59,525 bases of DNA from positions 1 through 59,525 of the IMG/VR virus record IMGVR_UViG_3300044530_001484; one strand, written 5' to 3'. Below the pieces are notes generated by a model. That model had not been told where the DNA came from and did no database searches. It saw only the letters and a list, made by a program, of their open reading frames with translations. The translations under genes were made by a program, and so were the position numbers. The DNA comes from a virus. Its lineage: Duplodnaviria > Caudoviricetes. Of the stretch, positions 27,967-37,769 are shown piece by piece (within the stretch, counting starts at the first letter, position 1; each line of letters begins with the position of its first letter).

Positions 27967-28627
27967 TAGATTGTATGAATTTTAAGATTTGTTCTCTTAG
28001 AAAAAACTCCATATCCTTACGCGGGAGTTTAGAAATTGATTTTTCAAACCCTTCGTATACTTCTTCATACTTACCATTTACAGCAACAACCCACTGTTTT
28101 GATTCAAGTATACCATTAACGAACGCTTTTGGGTACGATGGGTCTGCTACACAGTCAACAGCAACAAGTTTAAGATTTCTAACTGTATTATGGGTAGATC
28201 CTTCTTCAAGTGTGCCTAAAGCTCTAGATGACATACCAACCTTTACCCCATCATTAATAAGTGACTTAACAATAAGACCGCAAGGTGTAGAAAGTACTTT
28301 TGATTTACCGAAGAATACATTATTATCTTCATACATTTCTGTTACCATATGACAGGCACGTTCTAGATCAACATCAGCAGTCGTTGGATGATTAAGCTCA
28401 CCCATAGCTCTACCTGGTTTAATCATCTCTTCGTTATACCGGTGTACTTCCTGGCGTAACTCATCAATAGGGTATAGCCGCTTATTTTTATTAACACCTT
28501 CTGCCATCATATAAGGACCCTTAATAAAAAGAGTTGATGGTGCATTTCTATTGCTTTCCTCAACAACATATTCAAATTGATCGTTAAGGGCCGGTTTTTC
28601 TACTAATAGATTAAGCTTTAATGCCAT
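27962..28627 (-). CDS. gp21: Prohead protease (gp21-like)
   Basis: NKNKRLYP, GELNHP, GMSSRALG and DCVADPS. Start moved from 28663, with TAAATA at 28633-28638. Confidence 0.93.
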   Translation of the reverse strand: MALKLNLLVEKPALNDQFEYVVEESNRNAPSTLFIKGPYMMAEGVNKNKRLYPIDELRQEVHRYNEEMIKPGRAMGELNHPTTADVDLERACHMVTEMYEDNNVFFGKSKVLSTPCGLIVKSLINDGVKVGMSSRALGTLEEGSTHNTVRNLKLVAVDCVADPSYPKAFVNGILESKQWVVAVNGKYEEVYEGFEKSISKLPRKDMEFFLREQILKFIQSI

Positions 28628-28659
28628 ATGTATATTTATGCTAGTACTAATATAATCTA

Positions 28660-29094
28660 TCAAATAAGGTGCTTTTCAGTAAGGATTAGGAAATCTAAAC
28701 CTTTTCTCCTACAGAACTCTTTAGCTGCAATCCATTTTGCTTGATTTACCATCCACGCTGACTGCTCATATATTAGATGAGCCTTATTTTTATAGTTCGT
28801 CTTTGGAGCTTGTGTTTGTTTAGAAGGTTTAATCTCAATTAAATAATGTTTTACATTATTACCTTCCTTTATCGATACAAAGTTATCTACAAAATATCTA
28901 TGAGCTCTACCGTCTATCGGACTTATATACGGTACAATAACGTTTTCAGATCCCCATTTTATTACATTTGGATTATTATCACAAAAGCGCATAAATTTAA
29001 GTTCTAGTCCAGATCTATAAAACGCGGTTGTACCTATAAATTTGGCTTTATTAATAGGTGTAAATACACCTTGTCTATATTTTTTAGAACTCAT
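28660..29094 (-). CDS. gp4: Head completion nuclease (gp4-like, TnsA fold)
   Basis: YRSGLE, WGSE, HRYFVD, IEIKP, NQAKW and ILTE. Confidence 0.9.
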   Translation of the reverse strand: MSSKKYRQGVFTPINKAKFIGTTAFYRSGLELKFMRFCDNNPNVIKWGSENVIVPYISPIDGRAHRYFVDNFVSIKEGNNVKHYLIEIKPSKQTQAPKTNYKNKAHLIYEQSAWMVNQAKWIAAKEFCRRKGLDFLILTEKHLI

Positions 29095-29165
29095 CTTAAT
29101 TCGCTATAAAAAATTGTTTCGCCATGCTTAAAATTATGTGATATAAATCCAGCAATTAAATTACC

Positions 29166-30311
29166 CTACCCGATTGCAAACATTGGTGGATCTGCATCAC
29201 CGAAACCTGCTGATGCACCAGATGTAAGCATATCTTCTAGTTCTTTTTTCTTAGCGGTACCCTCTTCCAGTAAGCTTGCATTTAGTGTACCGCCTCCTAA
29301 TATAGCTACACCACCAAACTTACCTCTTACTCTACCAATAACAATCATTGTTAACGCGAGTGCGTACTCATATACCCATTGCTCCTTAACAAGATCACGT
29401 AACGGTCTCTCGAGGTAACATGAAATAACACCGTAAAACTGACTCGAACCGGGTTGTGGATACATTTGCAAGTATTGCGTTCTTGCATCAAACTTTAGAT
29501 CACGTCTAGTTGCAAGGACTTTCTCGCGCGTATCCATCCACTCTTTCATTGTGTACCATGATACAAGATCGAAACCATAATTACCCATCGAATAACTAAA
29601 ATAGGTTTGCTGCGCTAACGTTTGCTCTAAAGTAAATAAAGAGTTAATACCTTGGTTAGAACCTTCTTCGAAGTCTACTACAGCAGTGACTTTTCTATAA
29701 TCCATTACATCGTAGTCAAATACATTAGAGTATTGTGTTGCTGTTGCTTCCTGTGATTGAAGTGATATTTTATTTGAAACTGACTCCTTAAATATTGTAG
29801 ATAATATAGGACTGAATGTAACAATTTTTGTGTATAGTGGTAGATCTACTATTTCAAACTCTGTTAATCCGTTACTAAATACACTTGAGAGAGCAGATGA
29901 ACCTGTAAATGTTGATGTACTTAACGCTGAAGTAGCTACATATACAGTAGACGGCTCCTCTATAGTAAAATCAGCTCCCGTCCATACAGGGGCATTTGCT
30001 ATTTTTTGTTGATCAGTAAGACCAGCCTTAGAAAGAGTAAACAGATGATCAAGTCTTATACCTTTATTTTTTTCGTATAACGCTGAACTAAAAATAAGAT
30101 ATTCAGTTGTAAATCCTGCAAATTTAGAAAAATATTCGCAGGCGATCTGAATATTTTGAAATAGTTGATCTTGATGAACCTCAAGTGTAATAAGAGGATA
30201 ACCAAGAGCTCTTTTAATTCTATCAGATAAATCGCCAAATGTTTCAAGTTTATTATTTAAATTAGTTGATTGAAACGCTGATACAGGTAATACTTCGCAA
30301 GCTAGAGCCAT
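29166..30311 (-). CDS. gp13: Neck protein (gp13-like)
   Basis: IKRALGYP N-terminus and WVYEYALA..GKF..GGGTLNA C-terminus; TAAATA at 30317-30322. Confidence 0.8.
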   Translation of the reverse strand: MALACEVLPVSAFQSTNLNNKLETFGDLSDRIKRALGYPLITLEVHQDQLFQNIQIACEYFSKFAGFTTEYLIFSSALYEKNKGIRLDHLFTLSKAGLTDQQKIANAPVWTGADFTIEEPSTVYVATSALSTSTFTGSSALSSVFSNGLTEFEIVDLPLYTKIVTFSPILSTIFKESVSNKISLQSQEATATQYSNVFDYDVMDYRKVTAVVDFEEGSNQGINSLFTLEQTLAQQTYFSYSMGNYGFDLVSWYTMKEWMDTREKVLATRRDLKFDARTQYLQMYPQPGSSQFYGVISCYLERPLRDLVKEQWVYEYALALTMIVIGRVRGKFGGVAILGGGTLNASLLEEGTAKKKELEDMLTSGASAGFGDADPPMFAIG

Positions 30312-30326
30312 ATAAGTATTTATCTA

Positions 30327-32141
30327 TTATGCTGCTGGAGGAGGAGTTTCTGGTGCTGGAGTACCACCACCAGCTGGAGCTGCACCAGCCTCAGGAGGAG
30401 CGCCACCTAGTGCAGCTTCACCGCCACCAAATGCTGGTGGTATACCACCACCTTCCATACCACCCGCTTCAGCTCCCATACCACCGGCTTCAGCACCGCC
30501 AGTTATATCGGCAGCAATAATCTGCTCTCTCCATGCAGGTCCAAGTGAAGCAATCTGTTGTAGCTCCCATTGAAGCTCAGCATCCTTACGTAAAAATTCT
30601 CTATTAGCGAGAATATCTTTATCTTTCCATTGTAAATATTTCTTTTGTGCGTATGTCTTAGAGACAAATTCGTTAGATGCAATTGATGCAAAGTTACCTG
30701 CTTTCTGTTCAAGACGCTGGCTTTCACGCATCTCGTAGAAGTTCGTAGGTACATTAAAATCAACAACGATATTATTATCTGTAAGTTCAAGCTTATCCCA
30801 CAGTCCCTTTAATTGTAAATGTGTAATAAATCCTCTTTTTATACCAGTAGCGAATCTTTGTTGCTGTCTAATAATAAATCTTGCCATCTTAAGTTCTTCT
30901 CTTAAGATTTCAGCACCATCTCTAAATGCATCTGCAGGGTCTAATCTAGATGTCGGTACTTTAAGCGAACGGTAAAGCTTTTTAATAAAATACATCAAGT
31001 CAGTTAATTCGCCTAAATTTTGTCCACCTGCAAGCTGACTTACACTTGAACCTTCTGAGCCCTGTCTTTTTGGAAACCAGAAAGCATCAAGCATTGATTG
31101 TGGATTAAACTTTTTAACAACGTCATTTTGATCAATATCAAACGTTTTACTTGACCAGTAGTTGCTAATAAGCTTTTTAAGATAAGCTTCTGCTTTAGGT
31201 GCAGGCATATTACCAACATCAACATTAAATACAAGACGTTCTGGCGCTCTTACCAATCTATAGATAACAATAGCATCTTCAATAAGTGAAAGCTGTCTAT
31301 AAGCGCGTCGAGCATTTTCTAAGAATGGTAAAACCATTGTCTTAGATTCATTCATAACACCAGAATTAATATATATAACTTGATTTTGATCAAGAGGTAT
31401 ATGCTCAACCTTTTCTTGCTTATCAGGGTGACGTGGATCAAAAATTGGCTTTCTATAGATAAATCCACGAACCATCATGTTTTGTATATTATTATATACA
31501 GGGTCAATTAATTCAGCAGGTAAATTAATTGCACCTAGAACACCTTCTTGAATATGGTCCTTATGTATAATAAGTTCAAAGAAAAGTTCACCCTCAACAA
31601 GTAGCTGTCTAAAGTATTGCCAACCTTTGTTTTTAAGATCAAAATATTCAGCAAATTTGTTAAACTCCTCATCGAGATTAGTTTTGTCTTGCGAGCTTAA
31701 ATCTGTATGGCGTAGTTTAAGTATTATTTCTTCACCGTTCTCATTTGTATTAATAGTCTCATCACAAAGCTCATCCAATGCATCTGCTACATCTGAATAT
31801 GCGGCTATCATCCTATAATCACGTAATCTACCACCCTTATTCTCCTGGATGTTTGCATACATCACCTGACCGAAAGATGAATCTTTACCTATGGACCCAA
31901 TAGGTAGATTATTATATTCATTCGATATAGAAATCGAATTTTTAGCTAGAGCTTCTGTTCTTCTTAATCCCGCATCCGCAAAGATTTTATATTTTGGATT
32001 TAAGTGGTTATTATCTGTATCAATAATATTAGCATACGGTAGTTTATTTTGAATAAACGCTGCTAAACCTCTACCAAATGTTGACGAGCGACCGTCATTG
32101 CCTGTGTAGTTCTTATTTTGATTCGAAGTTGTACCATCCAT
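30327..32141 (-). CDS. gp20: Portal protein (gp20-like)
   Basis: EDAIVIYRLVRAPERLVFNVDVGNMP, FWFPKR and LYRSLKVPTSRL; TAAATA at 32150-32155. Confidence 0.96.
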   Translation of the reverse strand: MDGTTSNQNKNYTGNDGRSSTFGRGLAAFIQNKLPYANIIDTDNNHLNPKYKIFADAGLRRTEALAKNSISISNEYNNLPIGSIGKDSSFGQVMYANIQENKGGRLRDYRMIAAYSDVADALDELCDETINTNENGEEIILKLRHTDLSSQDKTNLDEEFNKFAEYFDLKNKGWQYFRQLLVEGELFFELIIHKDHIQEGVLGAINLPAELIDPVYNNIQNMMVRGFIYRKPIFDPRHPDKQEKVEHIPLDQNQVIYINSGVMNESKTMVLPFLENARRAYRQLSLIEDAIVIYRLVRAPERLVFNVDVGNMPAPKAEAYLKKLISNYWSSKTFDIDQNDVVKKFNPQSMLDAFWFPKRQGSEGSSVSQLAGGQNLGELTDLMYFIKKLYRSLKVPTSRLDPADAFRDGAEILREELKMARFIIRQQQRFATGIKRGFITHLQLKGLWDKLELTDNNIVVDFNVPTNFYEMRESQRLEQKAGNFASIASNEFVSKTYAQKKYLQWKDKDILANREFLRKDAELQWELQQIASLGPAWREQIIAADITGGAEAGGMGAEAGGMEGGGIPPAFGGGEAALGGAPPEAGAAPAGGGTPAPETPPPAA

Positions 32142-32156
32142 CTACAACATATTTAT

Positions 32157-33266
32157 TCACATGTTCGTAAAAGTAAAGTTATTTATGTTATAAGAGCTCG
32201 ACCACCCAACTTCATTATTTACAATAAAATTAAAATTGCACTCACCTGTAAGTGTAGGTAATGAAATTGTTAACATATTATCGGATAATATATTATAATA
32301 TTGACTACTGAGAATATAACCTGTGGTAGACCCTGTATATTCTGAATTTATACCTGTTAATGTACCTGCAATACTGCTTGTTGTGCTTAGTAATATCGCT
32401 GTTGTATGATTAAAATTAGTACCATATATAAGAAAATTGTTAGTAAAATTCTTATTAATATTAAAATTAGAAACTATTTCATGCAACTTACCTTGACCAG
32501 AAAGATTATAATATATGTTTGAAAATGTAGGTATTGCGGATAAGCTAACTGTCTCTATATTGTCAATCCCAGATGTTGCTGCAAAGAAACTATTATAGTT
32601 GTCTTCATCAATTATCATATTCTTATTAACCGGTATAAAGTTAGAATCAATAAAATATATTCGACTTGATACATCATTTTTGTCTTTAAAAAGCCATCCT
32701 TTTATTGTAAAGCTTGTATCAGCTACAACTCTAAATTTTTCTGAATATGATATATCCGTTGGTTCGGTTAGTCCAATATTACCGCTCCACAGTACCTCAG
32801 AGCGTATCTCAACAATTTGTGATGGATCTACAGACGGTTCTTTCCATGATAATATAATATACGGGTTATTATACGGTATAAAATTCGAAAGAATTTGATC
32901 CATATCTTGCATATAACGCGTTATAATTGACATACTTACCTCGATATTAATAGGTACTGGTGTCTTTATAGTACTATTATTAGTCTCACTAAGGGGATTA
33001 TAAACATTATCAAGTTTATTAAATACTCTCGTTGTATCACGTGTTATACCCGTTACCGTAACAGCAACAACAGGTAATGTAAGATTTTGCGCTTTATTAA
33101 CAATGTCATACATTACCCTTTGCTTAGGCGCTAAGACATAACGAACTTCTATATCTTCGCGTGCTTTTCTATCGTTGTCGTATCGTTTTACAACTACATC
33201 ATTAAAAGCACATAAAAATTGCGTGAGTAAATCTTTTACTTCGAAGTTATATGTATAATTACGCAT
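32157..33266 (-). CDS. gp15: Tail sheath stabiliser/terminator (gp15-like) with C-terminal extension
   Basis: FLCAFND, APKQR, LTLP, DMDQILSNFIPY and FTIKGWLF; TAAATA at 33274-33279. Confidence 0.75.
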   Translation of the reverse strand: MRNYTYNFEVKDLLTQFLCAFNDVVVKRYDNDRKAREDIEVRYVLAPKQRVMYDIVNKAQNLTLPVVAVTVTGITRDTTRVFNKLDNVYNPLSETNNSTIKTPVPINIEVSMSIITRYMQDMDQILSNFIPYNNPYIILSWKEPSVDPSQIVEIRSEVLWSGNIGLTEPTDISYSEKFRVVADTSFTIKGWLFKDKNDVSSRIYFIDSNFIPVNKNMIIDEDNYNSFFAATSGIDNIETVSLSAIPTFSNIYYNLSGQGKLHEIVSNFNINKNFTNNFLIYGTNFNHTTAILLSTTSSIAGTLTGINSEYTGSTTGYILSSQYYNILSDNMLTISLPTLTGECNFNFIVNNEVGWSSSYNINNFTFTNM

Positions 33267-33281
33267 CCATATGTATTTAGT

Positions 33282-34925
33282 CTACGCAAATCTATCTAAA
33301 AAGTATTTTGGAATCTTATGCTTATACTTTACAATATTTTCAACAATAGCTGCATCAAGAATGTATGTAATACAATGATCTTTATTAGAACGCACACCAC
33401 GACCACATGATTGAATAAGTGAACTAAGCATTTTATTTGTATACCAGTTAAAGTCTAATTTCATCATTCGCTCTACACGCTTATCATTTGTAGGTAAATA
33501 AGGTGCCTTAATAATAATTTGAAAGCGTGCTAGATCGTCTTTTAAATCTACACCATGTGACATAGACGGTGATGCCATTATAGTTGGTTCAGTAGAATTG
33601 TAATGTATATCTAATAACTCTTCATTTCTAACACCTGGTTCACGGTACAAAATACGCGAACATTTAACATTATCCTGCAGATATTTTGTAATTGTATTTG
33701 TTTGTGTATGAATAAGTCCTTTATCGTTAGCGTGATGCTCACAAATTTGTCTTACTTGTTCAGCAATCTTAGGAAGATTTGCCTGCATATTACTGTAATT
33801 TAGCTTAATCTTTGTATTTGCATATATAGGAGCTTTCTTAGGATCAAACGTTGACTCTGCCTCAATATATTTGAACTTATCAATACCTAACGTCTTACAA
33901 AAATTAACTGGATCGATAATAGTTGCCGACATAAGAATTACTTTATCAGCAAAATTAAAAAGATATTTAGATAATTGATCAACCTTAAGAGGCATAAAAT
34001 TAATACCTTTTGCGGTTCGTTCAAAAAGGTACTCACTATCATGCCATGTATCAACAATAGCACGTAATTTGCTATGTAGAGTTAGGAGTTGAATAACTTC
34101 ATTTTTCTTCTCGTTAATTGTAGCTGTAATAACCTTACCTGTTGTTTTAGCAATAGCATCACGTAGATCTTCGACTTGATCTTCAATATCCTGACAGAGA
34201 GTATTTACCCATTTACCTACTTTACCGTAGTCAGTATTACTTGGAAACGGTCTCACAATAACCATAGATTTCTTAAGAAAATCAAAATTAATTTGACATG
34301 AAAATGCTTTTACAAGCTGGTCTTCAAGCTCGGAAGCTTCATCGCAAATAAGATATTGCTTTCGCTTTACGTGATCTGGTAATGCAAAAAACATATTATA
34401 GTTGAGGGTTGCAAACTTAGATATGATTGCTTTATTACGAGCATTATAATAAGGGCAGGAGTTACGCTTCCAACAATCTTCCTTAAGAGATTTAATATGT
34501 ACGCATGGTGCACTTTCTACAGTAAAATTATTATCGTAGCTACATTGATAATTTGACTTACCTTTTAATACATCTACTTCGTTAAACAATTCTTTATATT
34601 GATCCTGTAGAGCCTTAGTGATTGTCAATGCAAATGCTCCGAATGGCTTTTCTTCTGCCGCTTCATCTGCATTTTGATATCCACCGAGATTGTTGTGCTT
34701 GTATATCTGATAAGATGTTACAAGATCTTGAAATTCTACAGAAGGCTCCGTCGAATCGTTACCAAGAGTCTTAGAAATAAACGATTTACCCGAACCGGTA
34801 GGAGCACTACATACAACAAATTTATAACCTTCCACAAATGCTTGCTCTAGACTCTTTACGAGTTTAACTTGCGATTTATTAGGGGTGAATGTTTCAGGGA
34901 ATTTACTAAGTAGACCAGTAAGCAT
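33282..34925 (-). CDS. DinG/Rad3-like SF2 helicase
   Basis: APTGSGKS, KGKSNYQC and C..CPY (Fe-S Cys), DEAS, MSAT, QSCGRGVR. Confidence 0.85.
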   Translation of the reverse strand: MLTGLLSKFPETFTPNKSQVKLVKSLEQAFVEGYKFVVCSAPTGSGKSFISKTLGNDSTEPSVEFQDLVTSYQIYKHNNLGGYQNADEAAEEKPFGAFALTITKALQDQYKELFNEVDVLKGKSNYQCSYDNNFTVESAPCVHIKSLKEDCWKRNSCPYYNARNKAIISKFATLNYNMFFALPDHVKRKQYLICDEASELEDQLVKAFSCQINFDFLKKSMVIVRPFPSNTDYGKVGKWVNTLCQDIEDQVEDLRDAIAKTTGKVITATINEKKNEVIQLLTLHSKLRAIVDTWHDSEYLFERTAKGINFMPLKVDQLSKYLFNFADKVILMSATIIDPVNFCKTLGIDKFKYIEAESTFDPKKAPIYANTKIKLNYSNMQANLPKIAEQVRQICEHHANDKGLIHTQTNTITKYLQDNVKCSRILYREPGVRNEELLDIHYNSTEPTIMASPSMSHGVDLKDDLARFQIIIKAPYLPTNDKRVERMMKLDFNWYTNKMLSSLIQSCGRGVRSNKDHCITYILDAAIVENIVKYKHKIPKYFLDRFA

Positions 34926-34951
34926 ATATTATAATGATATAGAAGTTCCCT

Positions 34952-35296
34952 TTAGTTTAAAGAGATAAGACTAACAACATTATCATATATTTTATGCGAC
35001 GAATTTATTTTACAGGATTTTAATTTTCCTATTACCGGTTGCGTATTATTACACAATGAGCTAACTTTATAGTTAAGAGTACATCTACCTGTATCGGTAT
35101 AATCAATAGAAAACGGATATGGTAGCTCAAGAATTTTACTTTCACCCTTATCAGTTTCAATATAGAACTTAATAAAATACTGCTTTACATTAAACAATTT
35201 TAATTTACCTGTTTTTAATATTTTATTATCACATTTAAATATAACTTTTGATTGTAAAAAGTTTTGTAGTATTTTATTGTAGTGCTCTAAACTCAT
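34952..35296 (-). CDS. Hypothetical protein
   Basis: 114 aa ORF coupled to its neighbours. Confidence 0.6.
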   Translation of the reverse strand: MSLEHYNKILQNFLQSKVIFKCDNKILKTGKLKLFNVKQYFIKFYIETDKGESKILELPYPFSIDYTDTGRCTLNYKVSSLCNNTQPVIGKLKSCKINSSHKIYDNVVSLISLN

Positions 35297-35670
35297 GAGT
35301 TCATAAATTGTATTTTTTGATCTGTTGACATAGGGTATATCTCATTATTAAATGTCTTCCAGAATTCATCGTTTGCTGGCATTTCTCTCAATACGTCTAC
35401 TTGATCCGCTGAAACTATTCTATAGTTCTGCATTAATATATCCCAAACAACACAAACATTTTTTACTGCTTCATTTATTTGTTTTTGATGCTTTGGAGGA
35501 TTGTAATTCAGTACAATTTTACCATTCGTAGAATTAAGTAGTTCGAATGATTTTGTACAAATCATTCTTCTTGTTGGTGATTTATCAGCAGACTTAATAC
35601 GTCTTGTAAATCTTAAATCAAGTACATTATTAAGTAATAATGTTTCAAGAGTCTGTCGCGTTACTATCAT
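35293..35670 (-). CDS. SH3/WYL_2-like beta-barrel phage protein
   Basis: LRFTRR..RRMICT..VWDI...YR pattern. Confidence 0.5.
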   Translation of the reverse strand: MIVTRQTLETLLLNNVLDLRFTRRIKSADKSPTRRMICTKSFELLNSTNGKIVLNYNPPKHQKQINEAVKNVCVVWDILMQNYRIVSADQVDVLREMPANDEFWKTFNNEIYPMSTDQKIQFMNS

Positions 35671-36067
35671 TTTCTTTTGCTTTACAAATTCCGAAGATTC
35701 TATTTTCGTTTAAAAATACACCGTTACTTACAATACCATAATCTTTGATTGCCATATTCGCGATAGTAATACCTAAATTACTTGGAAACACAACGATATC
35801 ACCAACCTTAGTATATTTAACTTCTGGTCCTGCGAGAATTACTCTTGCTTTTCTCCACGCCTTTGACATTGTATTTGTTGGAATATAAATTCCATTTCTT
35901 AGGATTCCGTCTTTATCAGGAGCTAAATCTACATATTCTACTAAGACAATATCGTCAAAGATAAATGTTAGCTCTAAATCCTCTAAACCGAAATCTCCGT
36001 CTGAGTGTGATGAAAGATCGATGAGACTTCTCATCGGCGCTAGTGTGTCGATACTTCTTGATGCCAT
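35645..36067 (-). CDS. GroES-like co-chaperonin (gp31 analogue)
   Basis: DIVLVE..NGIYIP..ARVILAGPEV..VGDIVVF..LNENRIFG; start moved from 36100 to ATG 36067. Confidence 0.75.
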   Translation of the reverse strand: MASRSIDTLAPMRSLIDLSSHSDGDFGLEDLELTFIFDDIVLVEYVDLAPDKDGILRNGIYIPTNTMSKAWRKARVILAGPEVKYTKVGDIVVFPSNLGITIANMAIKDYGIVSNGVFLNENRIFGICKAKENDSNATDS

Positions 36068-36071
36068 ACAG

Positions 36072-36449
36072 TTAATTAGGTAAGGTTCTAATAAAGTCAA
36101 GGTATATACTCACCTCACGTTGTGATATCATTTGATTCCGAGCAAGAATGGGAATATTTGTATCTTCTTTTTCTTCTTTTTCCTTCTTCTTTTTTACGTA
36201 GGAAATCTTTTTATATTTACTTGTAGGTAGTAAGTGATGATATAATTTGTATTGTTCATTTTTATCATCGAATAAACCTGTAAACCTATTAAATGTTTCA
36301 TTCACAAAAACAGCTTGAGGCTTATCGTAAAATGAAATCCATCTATTTAGCATATAAGGAACAAACGCTTGAAGACCTTCATAGTCGAGATCTTCAGCGT
36401 TTGCCTTCTTACTAAAAACTAATTTTCTTAGTAAGTCGAAGAAGTTCAT
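36072..36449 (-). CDS. gp62: Clamp loader small subunit (gp62-like)
   Basis: FVPYMLNRWIS motif, QY..Y and basic KK tract. Confidence 0.65.
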   Translation of the reverse strand: MNFFDLLRKLVFSKKANAEDLDYEGLQAFVPYMLNRWISFYDKPQAVFVNETFNRFTGLFDDKNEQYKLYHHLLPTSKYKKISYVKKKKEKEEKEDTNIPILARNQMISQREVSIYLDFIRTLPN

Positions 36450-37027
36450 ACAATAATCTTACTAGTCGCGATTTGAATGTCCTTAATTTCGTTATTAAAG
36501 TAGGTTACTACTTTAGAAATAAACACTTCAATTTGATCATCACTAAGATTAGAGCTATATGCGAAGCCTGGCGCTTTCTTACCAGCATTAACATTAATGC
36601 CTGTATGACCAATCGCTACATTATCCTTTGAATATGTAATAGATACGCTTACCTTACCTACCTCGCGTTCAGTTTTATCTGAGCCAAGAAACTTATCATG
36701 AACCATAAGATCATCACCCTTCATCTGAATAGGTCTTTGAATAATATGTGACAATACGTTTGCAATAGCTGTATTAAGTAGACGTTGAAAAGCTACAGCA
36801 CCAATAGGGCAAAGATTAGGAATCTCCCAACAGAAGTTAATAGCGTCGTCACTAAAAATATAATCTTTAGTAAGCGAATCTTCAAGATCAATTAAATTAT
36901 CACTCACAAACATTGGAGCTCTAAAAGCTACAATATTACCGTACGGAGATACTTCTTTATTAAAAAAACGATACGCGAAGCGGGAGTGAATTAGTGAACC
37001 GTCGTATATATGTTGTTGAGCAATCAT
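36446..37027 (-). CDS. DUF366-family protein (biotin/lipoate ligase-like fold)
   Basis: YDGSLIH..FAY, IVAFRAP, DLED, FQRL, GDDL, KVSVSI and HTGINV. Confidence 0.7.
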   Translation of the reverse strand: MIAQQHIYDGSLIHSRFAYRFFNKEVSPYGNIVAFRAPMFVSDNLIDLEDSLTKDYIFSDDAINFCWEIPNLCPIGAVAFQRLLNTAIANVLSHIIQRPIQMKGDDLMVHDKFLGSDKTEREVGKVSVSITYSKDNVAIGHTGINVNAGKKAPGFAYSSNLSDDQIEVFISKVVTYFNNEIKDIQIATSKIIV

Positions 37028-37033
37028 AAGAAT

Positions 37034-37061
37034 ATGGTAACCTATAACCCGATTAATTCAA
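37034..37061 (-). promoter_or_regulatory. Sigma70-type promoter
   Basis: TTGAAT-N16-TACCAT, 6 nt before ATG 37027. Confidence 0.5.
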
Positions 37062-37682
37062 CATATGAATTGAAATTAATTCACCATCCTTAAAAATATG
37101 CCTGGTGTTTTTACGTCTTTTAATTAATAAGCTTCCTTGGGTTTTGAGTTTTTGTAAATTAGCCTCTACCATCCCTGTACGTCTTACAAAATCCTTCGTA
37201 CAACTATACTCTACAACACCGGTATTCGATGTTATGGTAAAGGGTTGTGCTTGAGGATGTTTATGATCTTTACCGTATATTTCAACCATAGTCTTACCTC
37301 GTCGTGGATCAACATAGTTAGGGTTATTGGTTATTTCCTGTAAGGTTTTACCTGTACGTTTGCCTTTCATATCAGTTGAAATTGTTCTTGCATGCTTTTG
37401 TCTTAACCACTCATATATTTTACCTGTAAGTCTCTGCTGTTTATCATTACATGTATTTGACATCATCCATGCTGCATATACTAAGCTACCTATATTGGGA
37501 TGTATTTTGACTAGTAGTTGATGACATACAAAATGCTCTTTAGCTGTAAGCTTAGCAATATTACTTTTATCGTCTATACCACCTAGGCACTTAGGTATAA
37601 TGTGGTGCTTTTCTGAGTATCCTTCAATATTACGTGTCTTAGCTCTCGTAATAATATTATCGTAAATTAACTTATAATTCAT
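37053..37682 (-). CDS. Free-standing HNH homing endonuclease (Mob-like)
   Basis: MNYKLIYDNII..EKHHIIPKCLGG.D..N...LTAKEHFVCHQLL with NUMOD-like C-terminus. Confidence 0.85.
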   Translation of the reverse strand: MNYKLIYDNIITRAKTRNIEGYSEKHHIIPKCLGGIDDKSNIAKLTAKEHFVCHQLLVKIHPNIGSLVYAAWMMSNTCNDKQQRLTGKIYEWLRQKHARTISTDMKGKRTGKTLQEITNNPNYVDPRRGKTMVEIYGKDHKHPQAQPFTITSNTGVVEYSCTKDFVRRTGMVEANLQKLKTQGSLLIKRRKNTRHIFKDGELISIHMLN

Positions 37683-37769
37683 ATATAAGTATTTATGCTA
37701 GTCGCCTTTATATAACGCTAAGATCCCCATTATATATCGGATGTTCAATAATCATATCGTTATTATAAC

